Below the pieces are notes generated by a model, which had not been told where the DNA came from, did no database searches, and saw only the letters and a list, made by a program, of their open reading frames with translations. A stretch of DNA of 64,000 nt from an uncultured Rickettsiales bacterium (GTDB lineage: Bacteria > Pseudomonadota > Alphaproteobacteria > Rickettsiales > CAYLHV01): NCBI GenBank assembly GCA_964383745.1, contig CAYLHV010000006.1, positions 3,196 to 67,195 of the forward strand. The letters run 5' to 3'. This document shows, piece by piece, positions 36,392-46,472 of the stretch (its first letter is position 1; each line of letters begins with the position of its first letter). Position numbers and translations under genes: made by a program.

Positions 36392-37840
36392 TCATTTGAA
36401 AAGATTGTAAATTGCAGTGATTGGTGCAAAAATGATTTTTATGATTGACATGAAAAACGAGCCTTCTTCCTTGATTTCAGGGCTCTTTGCCTTTTTGCGA
36501 GCATTTTCTTTGAATGAGTCAACTTTTTCATTGCCAATCTCATTAATGGTTTTTTCTCTGTCCACTAAAATGCTGGTTTGAGTGTCTGAGATGAAATTTT
36601 CTGTCAGAACTTCGAAGCCATATTCTATATAATATTCTGGCCAATTTTCTTCACTGGAAAGCATTTCAGACACTTCACCGCGCGACTCCATGATTTGCTG
36701 CAACATTTTCTCGCTTTTATTCAAATGCACTAATTCTTTCACCTTCAAAGAATTTCTGACAATGCTGTTGAGGTCTTTTGCATATTCAATGAATTCAGCA
36801 AAATTTCTTACGACATAGTTCCCATTATGGTCAAAAAAGCCAATTTTTAACTCTTTAATAAAATCAACCATCTTCTTAATTTTCGATCTTCTGACATTGA
36901 TGGAGCGATTTAAAGCTGAAGACGAGTCAAATTGCTTGCCAGAAAAATCATTATTTTCAACATTTATGCTCAAAAGTGTGTTGTTTTTTTTCATTGCATC
37001 ATTAAGATATTGCGCCCCCGTGGAACCAATTCCATTATGCCCAAGTTCAAGATGTTTGAGCGTTTTATTCTCAATTAAAGAATCAGCAATATGTTTAGCA
37101 CCAGCATCACTGGTTTTATTAAAATGCATATAAAGATTTTTTAAATTCTTATTTTCCTTAAGCATTTTAGCAATGTCCACAGCACCTAAGACACCAATAT
37201 TATTCATGCTGATGTCGAGCGATTCAATATTTCGATTATTATGAAGAGCCTCTGCAATTTTTGCAATGCCTTGATCACCTAAATTATTTTTTTGCATATA
37301 TATTTTTTTAAAATTCGCTCCGCCAGAAATTAGATTGGCTATTGACTCTCCAGATTCCTGACCTAAATTATTGCCACTAATTTTAAGAAGCTCAATTTTA
37401 GTTGGGGCGGTTTTAATTTGATTGCTAAAATAGGAAATTCCCTCATCAGCAAATTTATTATCAGACAAATTAAGTGACGTTAGACTTTCATGCGCCATGA
37501 TTGCGTCAGTTAAATACATGCAGCCCCTTCTGGTGATTGACGAACCTTCCAGGTTGAGATCTTGAAGAGAAACGCATGTTTTAATTGCTTCGCTGAGGTT
37601 TTTTATGTCTAAATTTTCCATGGAATTATTAATGGAAAGTGAGCGCAAGTTCTTAGAAGAAGCGATATATTTTGATAAATCATGATATTGTTTGTTAGAA
37701 AGTGTGGCGTTGCTTATGCTAATTTCAAGAATGATGGCACCACTATCAACAATTTCAAAGATTTCTTTAAAATCTTGCAACTCTCTCTTTTCTTCAAAAT
37801 CTATATTTTTAATTTTGACGCTAATCATTTTCAATCTCAA
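36392..37840 (-). CDS. leucine-rich repeat protein (RNI-like) with a C-terminal hydrophobic tail
   Basis: 482 aa with about 9 RNI-type LRRs (LRSLSINNS, LQDLNLEGSSITRRGCMYLTDAI, LTSLNLSDNKFADEGISYF, IESLDISMNNIGVLGAVDIAKML, LKHLELGHNGIGSTGAQYLNDAM). The last ~22 aa (FFMSIIKIIFAPITAIYNLFK) are hydrophobic. ATG 37828 is an alternative start. Confidence 0.8.
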   Translation of the reverse strand: MRLKMISVKIKNIDFEEKRELQDFKEIFEIVDSGAIILEISISNATLSNKQYHDLSKYIASSKNLRSLSINNSMENLDIKNLSEAIKTCVSLQDLNLEGSSITRRGCMYLTDAIMAHESLTSLNLSDNKFADEGISYFSNQIKTAPTKIELLKISGNNLGQESGESIANLISGGANFKKIYMQKNNLGDQGIAKIAEALHNNRNIESLDISMNNIGVLGAVDIAKMLKENKNLKNLYMHFNKTSDAGAKHIADSLIENKTLKHLELGHNGIGSTGAQYLNDAMKKNNTLLSINVENNDFSGKQFDSSSALNRSINVRRSKIKKMVDFIKELKIGFFDHNGNYVVRNFAEFIEYAKDLNSIVRNSLKVKELVHLNKSEKMLQQIMESRGEVSEMLSSEENWPEYYIEYGFEVLTENFISDTQTSILVDREKTINEIGNEKVDSFKENARKKAKSPEIKEEGSFFMSIIKIIFAPITAIYNLFK

Positions 37841-37885
37841 ATGGCTTAAGGCTATATTTTTATGTTAGCAGAGAAAGATTAATTT

Positions 37886-39052
37886 TTAATTAAAAAATCT
37901 TCTTAAAATTTGATGATATATGCTTGTCAGATCTTCAATTTCGGAAATTTCACATGATTCATTAATTTGGTGAGCTGTGGAATTGCAAAGGCCTAATTCT
38001 GCCAAAGCGGCATGGCGCCACAAAAATCTGCCATCAGAAGTGCCACCATTATTGATCAAACTTGGTTTTTTACCAATGACTTCCGTAGCAATTTGAATGA
38101 TTTCTTGAGTGAATGGGCTGAATTCTGAAACAAAAGGCTCGAATTTTGAGATGATTTCAAGAAAATGAGCACATTCTCCATGATTTTCGCAAATTTCTTT
38201 AACTTGCTTAAAAATGCTGTCCGATGAATGTAAATCATTAAAGCGAACATTGAAATTTGCTTCACATTCAGCTGGAATGACGTTGGTGACTTCATTGCCG
38301 ACTTTTAAATTGGTGATTTCAAGATTAGATTTTTCAAGCAATTTGCTGCCAGAATCGAATTTGATTTTTTTCAAATCATGCAAAATTGCAATCATGGTGG
38401 AAATTGGGTTAAGCGCTAAGTCAGGATAGGCCACATGTCCTTTTTTCCCTTTGATTTTCAAGGAAAAATTAACGCTGCCACGGCGAGCGAGTTTCAAATT
38501 ATCACCAGCTCTTGCAATTGAAGAAGGTTCGCCAATTAAGCAAAAATCAAACAATTTTTCATCAGCGTCACTTGCAATTGTTTCCAGCATTTTCTTAGTG
38601 CCATTAACCCCTCTGGCCTCTTCGTCTCCAGTTAAAAGCAAAGTTATTTTACCGAATTTCTGCTTTTCTTCCAAAAATTTCTCCAAAGCGCTGAAAAAAC
38701 AAGCAATGGCGCCTTTCATGTCAACCACTCCAAGGCCGAAGATTTTTCCATTTTCTTGCGCGAGCTCAAATGGAGGGAATTTCCATGATTTTTCATCTCC
38801 AGGCGGAACAACATCAAAATGACCTGCAAAACAAAAATGTGGAAGATTTTTTTCTCCTTCAATTTCAGCCCAAATGTTTGAAATCTCTTCTTTTTTTCCA
38901 GAAGAATCAATGTCAGAAAATTTCATGATTTGGCATTTGAAACCTAAATTCTCTAGAGATGCCTGCAAAAACTCAGCTGCACCAGAATTTTGGCCAGCAA
39001 CGCTTCTGAATGAAACTAATTTTTTCAGGAAATTCAATGTGTTATTCGTCAC
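37886..39052 (-). CDS. dapE: succinyl-diaminopimelate desuccinylase
   Basis: 388 aa, M20 peptidase pattern: FAGHFDVVP, GVVDMKG, LLTGDEE. Confidence 0.9.
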   Translation of the reverse strand: MTNNTLNFLKKLVSFRSVAGQNSGAAEFLQASLENLGFKCQIMKFSDIDSSGKKEEISNIWAEIEGEKNLPHFCFAGHFDVVPPGDEKSWKFPPFELAQENGKIFGLGVVDMKGAIACFFSALEKFLEEKQKFGKITLLLTGDEEARGVNGTKKMLETIASDADEKLFDFCLIGEPSSIARAGDNLKLARRGSVNFSLKIKGKKGHVAYPDLALNPISTMIAILHDLKKIKFDSGSKLLEKSNLEITNLKVGNEVTNVIPAECEANFNVRFNDLHSSDSIFKQVKEICENHGECAHFLEIISKFEPFVSEFSPFTQEIIQIATEVIGKKPSLINNGGTSDGRFLWRHAALAELGLCNSTAHQINESCEISEIEDLTSIYHQILRRFFN

Positions 39053-39899
39053 TCTTCGCCTTTTGCCTTAAGATTTGAGTTGTGGCCGTTTTGCCCCTGG
39101 TCGAATCATCAGCTTTTTTGACAATGATGGCAGCATATGTGCTTGTTTGCAGGCCATTTTCAGAAATTGGAGATGAAATTGAGCCGGGAACCACAACGGA
39201 ATTTGCAGGAATTTCGCCTTTAAAAATTTCTCCTGTTTCGCGGTCAATGATTTTTGTTGATTGGGAGAGATATACACCCATTGAAATGACGCTGCCAGAG
39301 CGGACAATGACGCCTTCAGTGATTTCACTTCTGGCACCAATGAAGCAATCATCTTCAATGATGACTGGAGAGGCAGAAATTGGCTCAAGCACGCCTCCAA
39401 TGCCAACCCCACCAGAAATGTGGCAATTTTTTCCAATCTGAGCACAACTTCCAACAGTTGCCCAAGTGTCAATCATTGTTCCAGAGCCAATGCTGGCGCC
39501 AATGTTAACAAAAGATGGCATGAGAACGCAATTTTCGCCAATGTGAGAACCAAAACGAACAATTGAACCGGGAGTGGCTCTGATGGAAGCTTTGAGGAAA
39601 TCTTGTTTTTTCCAGCCTTCAAATTTTAATGGGATTTTATCAACCCATGTTAATTCACCCGCAAATGGCCCCCTGCCCCAGTTAAACTCTTCCATTGGTG
39701 AAATTTTGAAAAATAACAAAATGGCTTTTTTCACCCATTCATTCACCTTCCACTCGCCATTTTGCTGCTTCTCAGCCGGTTTAAGCTCACCAGAATCAAG
39801 CAATTTAATGACATTTTTAATGAGATTTGCGTTTTTGCTGAGCAATTCATGATCAGACCATGAATTTTCAATCATATTTTTCATTTCTTGGAAGTTCAT
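39042..39899 (-). CDS. dapD: 2,3,4,5-tetrahydropyridine-2,6-dicarboxylate N-succinyltransferase
   Basis: 285 aa with left-handed beta-helix hexapeptide repeats (VNIGASIGSGTMIDTWATVGSCAQIGKNCHISGGVGIGGVLEP). Overlaps dapE by 11 nt. Confidence 0.93.
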   Translation of the reverse strand: MNFQEMKNMIENSWSDHELLSKNANLIKNVIKLLDSGELKPAEKQQNGEWKVNEWVKKAILLFFKISPMEEFNWGRGPFAGELTWVDKIPLKFEGWKKQDFLKASIRATPGSIVRFGSHIGENCVLMPSFVNIGASIGSGTMIDTWATVGSCAQIGKNCHISGGVGIGGVLEPISASPVIIEDDCFIGARSEITEGVIVRSGSVISMGVYLSQSTKIIDRETGEIFKGEIPANSVVVPGSISSPISENGLQTSTYAAIIVKKADDSTRGKTATTQILRQKAKSDE

Positions 39900-39956
39900 T
39901 TTTGAAAACCCGAATTTTGTTAGATTGTCTCAAATTAGCAGTTTTTTCTGCCAAAA

Positions 39957-41093
39957 TCAAGAGCTAATTCTCTCAAATTCTTGAATTGCATAGCGGTCTG
40001 TCATGCCTGCGACATAGTCTGCGACAATTGTTGGAATTTCTTCTTTTGAAGCATTTTTACACTCATTTTGCCATTGCTCCGGCATTTCGCGAATGTCATT
40101 AACAAAAAAATCAAAAAGCGCAGAAACAATTTCAGCAGAGATTTTACGAGAATTTTTGATTGCATCATTATAATACATTTTCTCAAGCAAAAATGCTTTA
40201 ATTTTTTTTATCTCTGCAAAAATCTCTTCCGAAAATTCAACCAGACAAATTTTTGCATTTCTCACAGAATCAGCATTTTCAATGGCGTGATGGCAAATTT
40301 TTTCTTCCGTGTTTAAAGTGACATTTTCGATTAATTTTCTGAGCAAATGTCTTTTAAATTCATAAACACGACGCGCTTTTTCTAAATCATGATGCTGATT
40401 GTCAATTTCCTCAATTAAATTTTCAACCATTGGAATGAATTTTAAATCATCTAATTTAAAAAAACCAGCCCTGATGCCATCTTCAATGTCATGCGCGCTA
40501 TAGGCAATGTCGTCAGCAATGGCGGCAATTTGTGCTTCAAGTGAGGAAAAATTAGATAGATCTAGGTTAAATTCGGCATCATATTGAAATATATAGGAAT
40601 TTTGGGGAGTTTTGACTGTGATGGGGCCATTATGTTTTGCCACGCCTTCTAAACTTTCCCAAGTTAAATTTAAGCCATTAAAGCCAGCATAGCGCTTTTC
40701 AAGCTGAGTTAGAATTTTAAAACTATTTGTATTATGACTAAATCCACCAAAATTTTTCATTTTTTCATTTAAAGCATCTTCGCCAACATGGCCAAATGGT
40801 GTGTGGCCAATGTCATGAGCAAGCGCAATGACTTCAGCAAGATTTTCATTCACTTCAAGATTAGCGGCCATGATTTTTGCAATGCTTGCAACTTCAATGC
40901 TGTGAGTCAGGCGGTTTCTGTAATGGTCGCCTGCGTGATTAACAAAAACTTGGGTTTTATATTCCATGCGGCGGAAAGCAGAGCTGCTAACAAGGCGCAT
41001 TCTGTCTTCTGCAAAAGAATTTTTTGTTATTGAAAAATCTTCTTTGAATTTTCTTTTGGCATTTTCTTGATTTTTCGTTGCATATTCTTTCAT
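39957..41093 (-). CDS. deoxyguanosinetriphosphate triphosphohydrolase-like protein (HD domain)
   Basis: 378 aa with FRRMEYKTQVF, RLTHSIEV, LAHDIGHTPFGH and a C-terminal ADYVAGMTDRYA. Confidence 0.88.
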   Translation of the reverse strand: MKEYATKNQENAKRKFKEDFSITKNSFAEDRMRLVSSSAFRRMEYKTQVFVNHAGDHYRNRLTHSIEVASIAKIMAANLEVNENLAEVIALAHDIGHTPFGHVGEDALNEKMKNFGGFSHNTNSFKILTQLEKRYAGFNGLNLTWESLEGVAKHNGPITVKTPQNSYIFQYDAEFNLDLSNFSSLEAQIAAIADDIAYSAHDIEDGIRAGFFKLDDLKFIPMVENLIEEIDNQHHDLEKARRVYEFKRHLLRKLIENVTLNTEEKICHHAIENADSVRNAKICLVEFSEEIFAEIKKIKAFLLEKMYYNDAIKNSRKISAEIVSALFDFFVNDIREMPEQWQNECKNASKEEIPTIVADYVAGMTDRYAIQEFERISS

Positions 41094-41174
41094 CTATTTA
41101 TCTCTTTAACTTTGATGCTCCTTCATATGATGACATATTTCTTGATTTTTGTCAAAAAAATATGAAAAAAGACC

Positions 41175-41203
41175 TTGCAACATGAGAAAAATTAGGTTAG
41201 ACT
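41175..41203 (+). promoter_or_regulatory. sigma70-like promoter candidate (TTGCAA-17 nt-TAGACT) for tRNA-Leu
   Basis: Hexamers at 41175-41180 and 41198-41203. The tRNA starts 12 nt downstream of the -10. Confidence 0.45.
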
Positions 41204-41214
41204 GTGGATGTTTC

Positions 41215-41299
41215 GCGGTCGTGGCGAAATTGGTAGACGCGCAGCATTGAGGGTGCTGTTTCTAACGAAGTGGAAGTTCAAGTCTTCTCGACCGCACCA
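41215..41299 (+). tRNA. tRNA-Leu (anticodon GAG)
   Basis: Hand-folded. Acceptor GCGGTCG/CGACCGC, anticodon stem CAGCA/TGCTG, loop TTGAGGG, long variable arm, T arm GGAAG-TTCAAGT-CTTCT. CCA is encoded. Confidence 0.9.
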
Positions 41300-41320
41300 A
41301 AATTTTAGCACGAATCTCAA

Positions 41321-41797
41321 TCATTGATTTCTTACTGGAACTTTTAGCACCATTTTACGTGCTTTTTCGAATGTCAGCTCCAAAGCAATTTCATCACCTT
41401 CTGCAAGCGTTCTCTTGAGACCCATGAGCATGATGTGCATTCCCGCTGGTTTCAATGTCACAACTTGACCAGCTGGCAACACAAGTTTACTGATTGGAAC
41501 CATTTTTGAAATCCCTTCAACAGTCACAATTTTGTGAAGCTCAGACTTAAATGCATCAACACAATTAATGCTGATCAAAGCATCATCAGTTTTAAGCAGG
41601 TTTATGAGCGAAAGGTAAATGGCTGTGGATTGTATTTCACCAAAAGTTGGTCTAGCCCAGAAATTGTTAAAAGAAATTGTTGAAGGAGCTTCTGCAGAAG
41701 ACACGCTTTTTGCTTTTGCATCAATTCCATTAAAAGAAAACAAAATCAGCGTGACAAAAATGACGAAGCCTCTATTTAAATTAATTTTTCTTAACAT
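41321..41797 (-). CDS. copper chaperone PCu(A)C (DUF461)
   Basis: 158 aa with a signal peptide and the Met/His copper motif PAGMHIMLMGL. Confidence 0.8.
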   Translation of the reverse strand: MLRKINLNRGFVIFVTLILFSFNGIDAKAKSVSSAEAPSTISFNNFWARPTFGEIQSTAIYLSLINLLKTDDALISINCVDAFKSELHKIVTVEGISKMVPISKLVLPAGQVVTLKPAGMHIMLMGLKRTLAEGDEIALELTFEKARKMVLKVPVRNQ

Positions 41798-41961
41798 CCT
41801 AAAAGCAACTCCTGTAAGTGAATTAAATCACAAAATCAAATGACATAATAATATTGTTCCTCCAATTAATACATGATTAAAATCAATTGTCAATCTTTTT
41901 TACTGGATTTTTCATGACTTATTGCTTAAAATGGTAAAAAAACATTTTGAGGAGATGCAAA

Positions 41962-42852
41962 ATGGAAAAAATTAAAAACTATTTAAACCTCATCAGATTT
42001 AATAAACAAACAGGAAGTTTGTTACTCTTTTGGCCGTGTGCCTGGTCTTTGGCTCTTGCGTGCGCAGAATTAAAACAAGCAATTGATTGGCATAAATTAG
42101 GACTTTTCTTGCTTGGCTCATTCTTAATGAGAAGCGCAGGATGCATCATTAATGATATTTTCGACAGGGAAATTGACCGACATGTTGAGAGAACAAAAAA
42201 CCGGCCAATTGCTGCAAATCTCATCACTGTCAAAGAAGCAGTTTTTGTGCTTTCAATTTTTTTGATCACCAGCCTCTGGATTTTGCTGCAATTTAACAAT
42301 CTCACCATTTTCCTGGGGGTGTTCAGCCTTGTGCCAATTGTCATATATCCATTTATGAAAAGATTCACTAACTGGGCACAATTTTTTCTGGGCCTCACTT
42401 TTAACTTCGGAGCCTTAATGGGGTGGAGCGCAATCACGGGAGACCTTTCCATTCACCCATTGATAATCTATTTTGCGGCAGTTTGCTGGACCATTTCCTA
42501 TGACACAATATATGCATTTCAAGATTTAGAATATGATCTTAAATATGGCATCAAATCAACAGCTGTGAAAATTTCTGCGCATAGTCAATTTCACGCAAAA
42601 ACTTGGATTTTAGTTTTCCTCATTCTTTTCATCAGCTTTTTGCTGTCACTTTCATTCATGCTAAAATTAAGTTGGGTATATGTAGCTGGTTTGGTTTTAA
42701 CATTTTTGGTCATCACTCACAGAATGCAAAAACTCAATCTTAAAAACCCAGAAAGCTGCATGGAAGAATTCACATTTGCAAGAGTCATTGGGTTTTGCAT
42801 TTTCCTCAGCATTTTAGCACATTTTGCTGTTAATGATTTATTGTTTTTCTGA
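41962..42852 (+). CDS. ubiA: 4-hydroxybenzoate polyprenyltransferase
   Basis: Polytopic. Asp-rich motifs INDIFDREIDRHVERTKNRP and YAFQDLEYD. ATG 41962 is preferred over the TTG start at 41947 used in the ORF track. Confidence 0.9.
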   Translation: MEKIKNYLNLIRFNKQTGSLLLFWPCAWSLALACAELKQAIDWHKLGLFLLGSFLMRSAGCIINDIFDREIDRHVERTKNRPIAANLITVKEAVFVLSIFLITSLWILLQFNNLTIFLGVFSLVPIVIYPFMKRFTNWAQFFLGLTFNFGALMGWSAITGDLSIHPLIIYFAAVCWTISYDTIYAFQDLEYDLKYGIKSTAVKISAHSQFHAKTWILVFLILFISFLLSLSFMLKLSWVYVAGLVLTFLVITHRMQKLNLKNPESCMEEFTFARVIGFCIFLSILAHFAVNDLLFF

Positions 42853-43782
42853 TTGAACCAAACCCTGCTTCGTGAGAAATCCATCTTTGCCAATGACATG
42901 CTGGCCTTTGATTTCTGTCACGAATTTTCTTAACAGATTTTGCTTTTCCAAATTTGACTTTCTTGCATAGAAATATATTTTCCTCGAAAAAGCATATTTT
43001 TTGCTGGCAATATTTTCAGAAGTAGGGGGCACATTATCAATTTTAATGCCATTAAGCCAAGCTTGATTTTGGCGAAAGAAATTAAAACCAATGATCCCTA
43101 AGGCCCTGTGATTCTCTTTCAGCTTTTGGATGATGAGATTATTACTCCCCATGATGATGAAAGCGCCATCATTTCGAATCATGTTGCATTTTTCTCCTAA
43201 ATTCAACTTAAGTTCCTTGCACATTTTCTCAAGCAAAAGTTCGTTAAGCGCATCTCTGGTGCCAGAATTATCATTTGGACCATAAATCTCTATTCTAAGG
43301 CGAGGAAAATTTTCATTAATTTCCGACCAATATTTCAATTCATTTTGCTGCAAGTCTAATGTAGAAGATGAGATTGCTTGGAATAACTCACTGGATTTTA
43401 ACGATTTTATTAACTTACCTTTAGTGGCCAAAACAATCCCATCAAGACCTAATTCAAACTCCTGAAGATCATTAATGCCATTTCTCTTGCAATCAGCAAT
43501 CTCATTTAAAGTCATTCTTCTGGAAGCAAAAATTAAATCAGGAGCGTTTGTTGGGTTTTTGTAATTCATACAAAATGTTTTAACTCCGCTGCCAGTGCCA
43601 TTTGCTTCAATCAAAGGTGAAGGAACTTGATGAAATTTAGCAAAATCTTCTGAAAATTCGGCGATGAATGGAAAAGCAGTGGCTGAACCGACAATGATGA
43701 TTTTGGGTTTTGATTCAAAAATCTGTCCTTGTGCAAAGTTAGACAGAAAAATCATGAACAAAATTAGAATTTTTTTCTTCAT
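42838..43782 (-). CDS. PstS-family (PBP-like) periplasmic substrate-binding protein
   Basis: 314 aa with a signal peptide, plus GSATAFPF, NGTGSGV and NSGTRD, typical of phosphate-binding PBP_like_2 proteins. The 3' end overlaps the ubiA 3' end by 15 nt. Confidence 0.7.
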   Translation of the reverse strand: MKKKILILFMIFLSNFAQGQIFESKPKIIIVGSATAFPFIAEFSEDFAKFHQVPSPLIEANGTGSGVKTFCMNYKNPTNAPDLIFASRRMTLNEIADCKRNGINDLQEFELGLDGIVLATKGKLIKSLKSSELFQAISSSTLDLQQNELKYWSEINENFPRLRIEIYGPNDNSGTRDALNELLLEKMCKELKLNLGEKCNMIRNDGAFIIMGSNNLIIQKLKENHRALGIIGFNFFRQNQAWLNGIKIDNVPPTSENIASKKYAFSRKIYFYARKSNLEKQNLLRKFVTEIKGQHVIGKDGFLTKQGLVQSEKQ

Positions 43783-43787
43783 GCGCT

Positions 43788-46019
43788 TTAAATTCCAAAT
43801 TTATTTTCTTGCGAGAAGCCTCTCGGCAAAAAGCGCCCAATTGCGCCTCTTTTTCCAATCCAAGAAATCATGTCTGTTTCAATTTTGATGCTGCCATCGG
43901 CTTTTTGCCATTTGAAACCTTCTTCTTTTTTGAAAATTTGCAAATCCGACAAATTCGCGTTTAAATATTTCTGAATCTTAACACCCTGCCCTTTTTTCAT
44001 GTTTGGCACTTCATTTAACGGGAAAATCAAAAGTTTCCGATTATTCCCAATCACAGCCACATGATCAGCCTCTTTTGGAACAATTTTACAAATTCGCAAT
44101 GAATCACCTTCAGAGAAATTCATGATTTTTTTGCCATTTTTGGTCTGCGCCGCAACTTCTTTTTCTTCAATCATGAAGGCTTTTCCTTGTTTCGAAGCTA
44201 AAATTAAAAGACGGCTTGCATCATGAACAAAAATTTCGAGAATTTCTTCATCCTCTTTTAGGTCAATCATGAGCCTGATTGGTTCTCCATCTTTTTTACC
44301 TTTCGAGATATTATCACATTTGACGGTGAAAAAACGACCAGAATCAGACACAATGATGAGTTGGTCAGCGCTGCTACATTTTAAGATGAATTTTCCCTCA
44401 TCTCCCTCTTTATATTTCAGATCAGCAGCTTCATGAGCATGGCCTTTTAATGACCGAATCCAACCGCGCTCAGAACAAGCAATGGTCACAGGCTCTTTAT
44501 TCATCATGACATTTAAAGATTCAACATCAACATCAATTGTTTTTTCTGAAAAGCTAGTTCTTCTTTTGCCAATTTTTGTTTTTTGCCCAAATTTTTGCTG
44601 CACTTCTTTAACTGATTCAAGCACCACATTCCAACATTCTGAATCATCTGTGACGATTTTTTTGTGAAATTCTTTTTCTTCTTGCAATGATTCAAATTCT
44701 TTACGAATTGTGATTTCTTCTAATTTTCTCAAAGAGCGAAGTTTCATGTTTAAAATTGCTTCAACTTGAATTTCGCTCAAACCAAATTTTTGCATCATGA
44801 TTTCTTTTGGCTCATCTTCATGACGAATGATTGCAATGATTTCATCGAGATTCAAATAGGCAATTAAAAGACCATTAAGAATTTCAAGCCTATGGTTGAT
44901 TTTATCGAGGAAATATTGTGATCTACGACGGAAAATGATGAATTTATGTTCAAGAAATTCCACCAATAATTCTTTCAAATTCAGCACAGCAGGAACAGAG
45001 CCTTTGGAAATCACATTCATATTATAGTTAAATCTGATTTCTAAATCGCTGACTTTGAACAAGCTTTCCATGAGAATTTCTGGCTCAATGGAGCGGTTTT
45101 TAGGGTCAATGACAATTCTGATGTCGTCAGTCGATTCATCCCTGATGTTATCAATCATTGGAAGTTTTTTATTTTGATATAGCTCAGCTAATTTTTCCAA
45201 TAAACGCGACTTCTGCACTTGATAGGGGATTTCAGTGATGATGATTTGATAGAGCCCGTGAGACAATTCCTCTTTCTCCCATCTCGCACGAAGACGCACG
45301 CTGCCACGGCCAGTTTGATAGATTTGCGCAATGTGAGCTTGCGTTTCTAAAATGATGCCACCAGTTGGAAAATCAGGACCTGGAACAATTTTCAGCAATT
45401 TCTCTAAAGCAATTTCCGGATTTTTAATGATCTCAATCATGGCTCTGCAAAGCTCATCGAGATTATGAGGCGGAATGGAAGTTGCCATTCCAACCGCAAT
45501 CCCTTCTGAACCATTTGCAAGAACATTTGGAAAATGCGCTGGTAAAACCATTGGCTCCATGTCAGATGAATCATAGGTCGGTTTAAAATCAACTAATTCT
45601 TTATCAAGATCTTTCAGCAAATATGTTGCAATTTCAGTGAGTTTCGACTCCGTGTAACGCATTGCAGCTGCATTATCACCGTCAATCGAACCAAAATTAC
45701 CCTGACCGTCAATCAGAGGATAGCGCACAGAAAAATTTTGAGCAAGCCTGACTAGAGATTCATAAATAGCAGCGTCACCATGCGGATGATATTTACCAAT
45801 GACGTCACCAACCACTCTCGCGCATTTTTTATAGGCCGAAGCGGGGTCTAATTTAAGAAGCATCATGGCATAGAGAAGTCTGCGATGCACAGGTTTGAGC
45901 CCGTCACGCACATCAGGCAAAGAACGCGACATGATGGTTGAAAGGGCATATTCAAGATATTTATCACTAATGACTTCACCGAAAGTTTTTTGTATGATGC
46001 TTTTCTCTGCTGCGCTCAT
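43788..46019 (-). CDS. parC: DNA topoisomerase IV subunit A
   Basis: 743 aa with RDGLKPVHRR and AAMRYTE (catalytic Tyr). The shorter length and the absence of a recognisable GyrA box favour ParC over GyrA. Confidence 0.9.
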   Translation of the reverse strand: MSAAEKSIIQKTFGEVISDKYLEYALSTIMSRSLPDVRDGLKPVHRRLLYAMMLLKLDPASAYKKCARVVGDVIGKYHPHGDAAIYESLVRLAQNFSVRYPLIDGQGNFGSIDGDNAAAMRYTESKLTEIATYLLKDLDKELVDFKPTYDSSDMEPMVLPAHFPNVLANGSEGIAVGMATSIPPHNLDELCRAMIEIIKNPEIALEKLLKIVPGPDFPTGGIILETQAHIAQIYQTGRGSVRLRARWEKEELSHGLYQIIITEIPYQVQKSRLLEKLAELYQNKKLPMIDNIRDESTDDIRIVIDPKNRSIEPEILMESLFKVSDLEIRFNYNMNVISKGSVPAVLNLKELLVEFLEHKFIIFRRRSQYFLDKINHRLEILNGLLIAYLNLDEIIAIIRHEDEPKEIMMQKFGLSEIQVEAILNMKLRSLRKLEEITIRKEFESLQEEKEFHKKIVTDDSECWNVVLESVKEVQQKFGQKTKIGKRRTSFSEKTIDVDVESLNVMMNKEPVTIACSERGWIRSLKGHAHEAADLKYKEGDEGKFILKCSSADQLIIVSDSGRFFTVKCDNISKGKKDGEPIRLMIDLKEDEEILEIFVHDASRLLILASKQGKAFMIEEKEVAAQTKNGKKIMNFSEGDSLRICKIVPKEADHVAVIGNNRKLLIFPLNEVPNMKKGQGVKIQKYLNANLSDLQIFKKEEGFKWQKADGSIKIETDMISWIGKRGAIGRFLPRGFSQENKFGI

Positions 46020-46238
46020 TGGTTAATCCTCTGATTTTATTTTTTTGCACATAATCACATAAGATAGCAAATTACAAAATGAAACACAATGTTTTTTAGA
46101 GATGTTTTTTTTATGGTGATGAAATTCTGTTGGAATAAGAATCTTTACAATGACGGACCCTTCCTCATACCGTTACCTACACCCCCTACTTCGTCACGAA
46201 TTTCCTCACTTTTTTACCCGCGAGCCTTTCCCAAAGCT

Positions 46239-46472
46239 GTCACCCGCGAGCCAAAGGCGCGGCAAACCAGAGTCATGCTACATTCCACAGGAAAAACAAC
46301 TCTGGATCACCAAAAAATTTCACAACAAATACGGAGAGCCTCCCCAAAAAAATCAAATCTCAGAAGACTCTTCCACCTCTCCCACACACTCCAAATCTTC
46401 TGAAGCGCAAGTCTCCTCCTCTTGCGAAGAAATAACCTCCGATTCTTGGCCACTAAACAGCGAAGCAAATGT
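46239..46472 (+). repeat. direct repeat D: RPE-like core (46239-46311), shared spacer, and the last 39 codons of the ankyrin gene
   Basis: Aligns by eye with 49221-49493. GTCACCCGCGAGCCAAAGGCGCGGCAAACCAGAGTCATGCTACATTCCACAGGAAAAACAAC.CTGGATCACCAAAAAATTTCACAACAAATACGGAGA is nearly identical. The gene tail is also shared: TCAAATCTCAGAAGACTC..CACCTCTCCCACACA.TCCAAATCTTCTGAAGCGCAAGTCTCCTCCTCTTGCGAA. Confidence 0.7.

Noticed and set aside
41979-42452. 157-aa minus-strand ORF opposite ubiA
   Set aside because: It is antisense to a polytopic UbiA with both Asp-rich motifs intact. It has no family signal.
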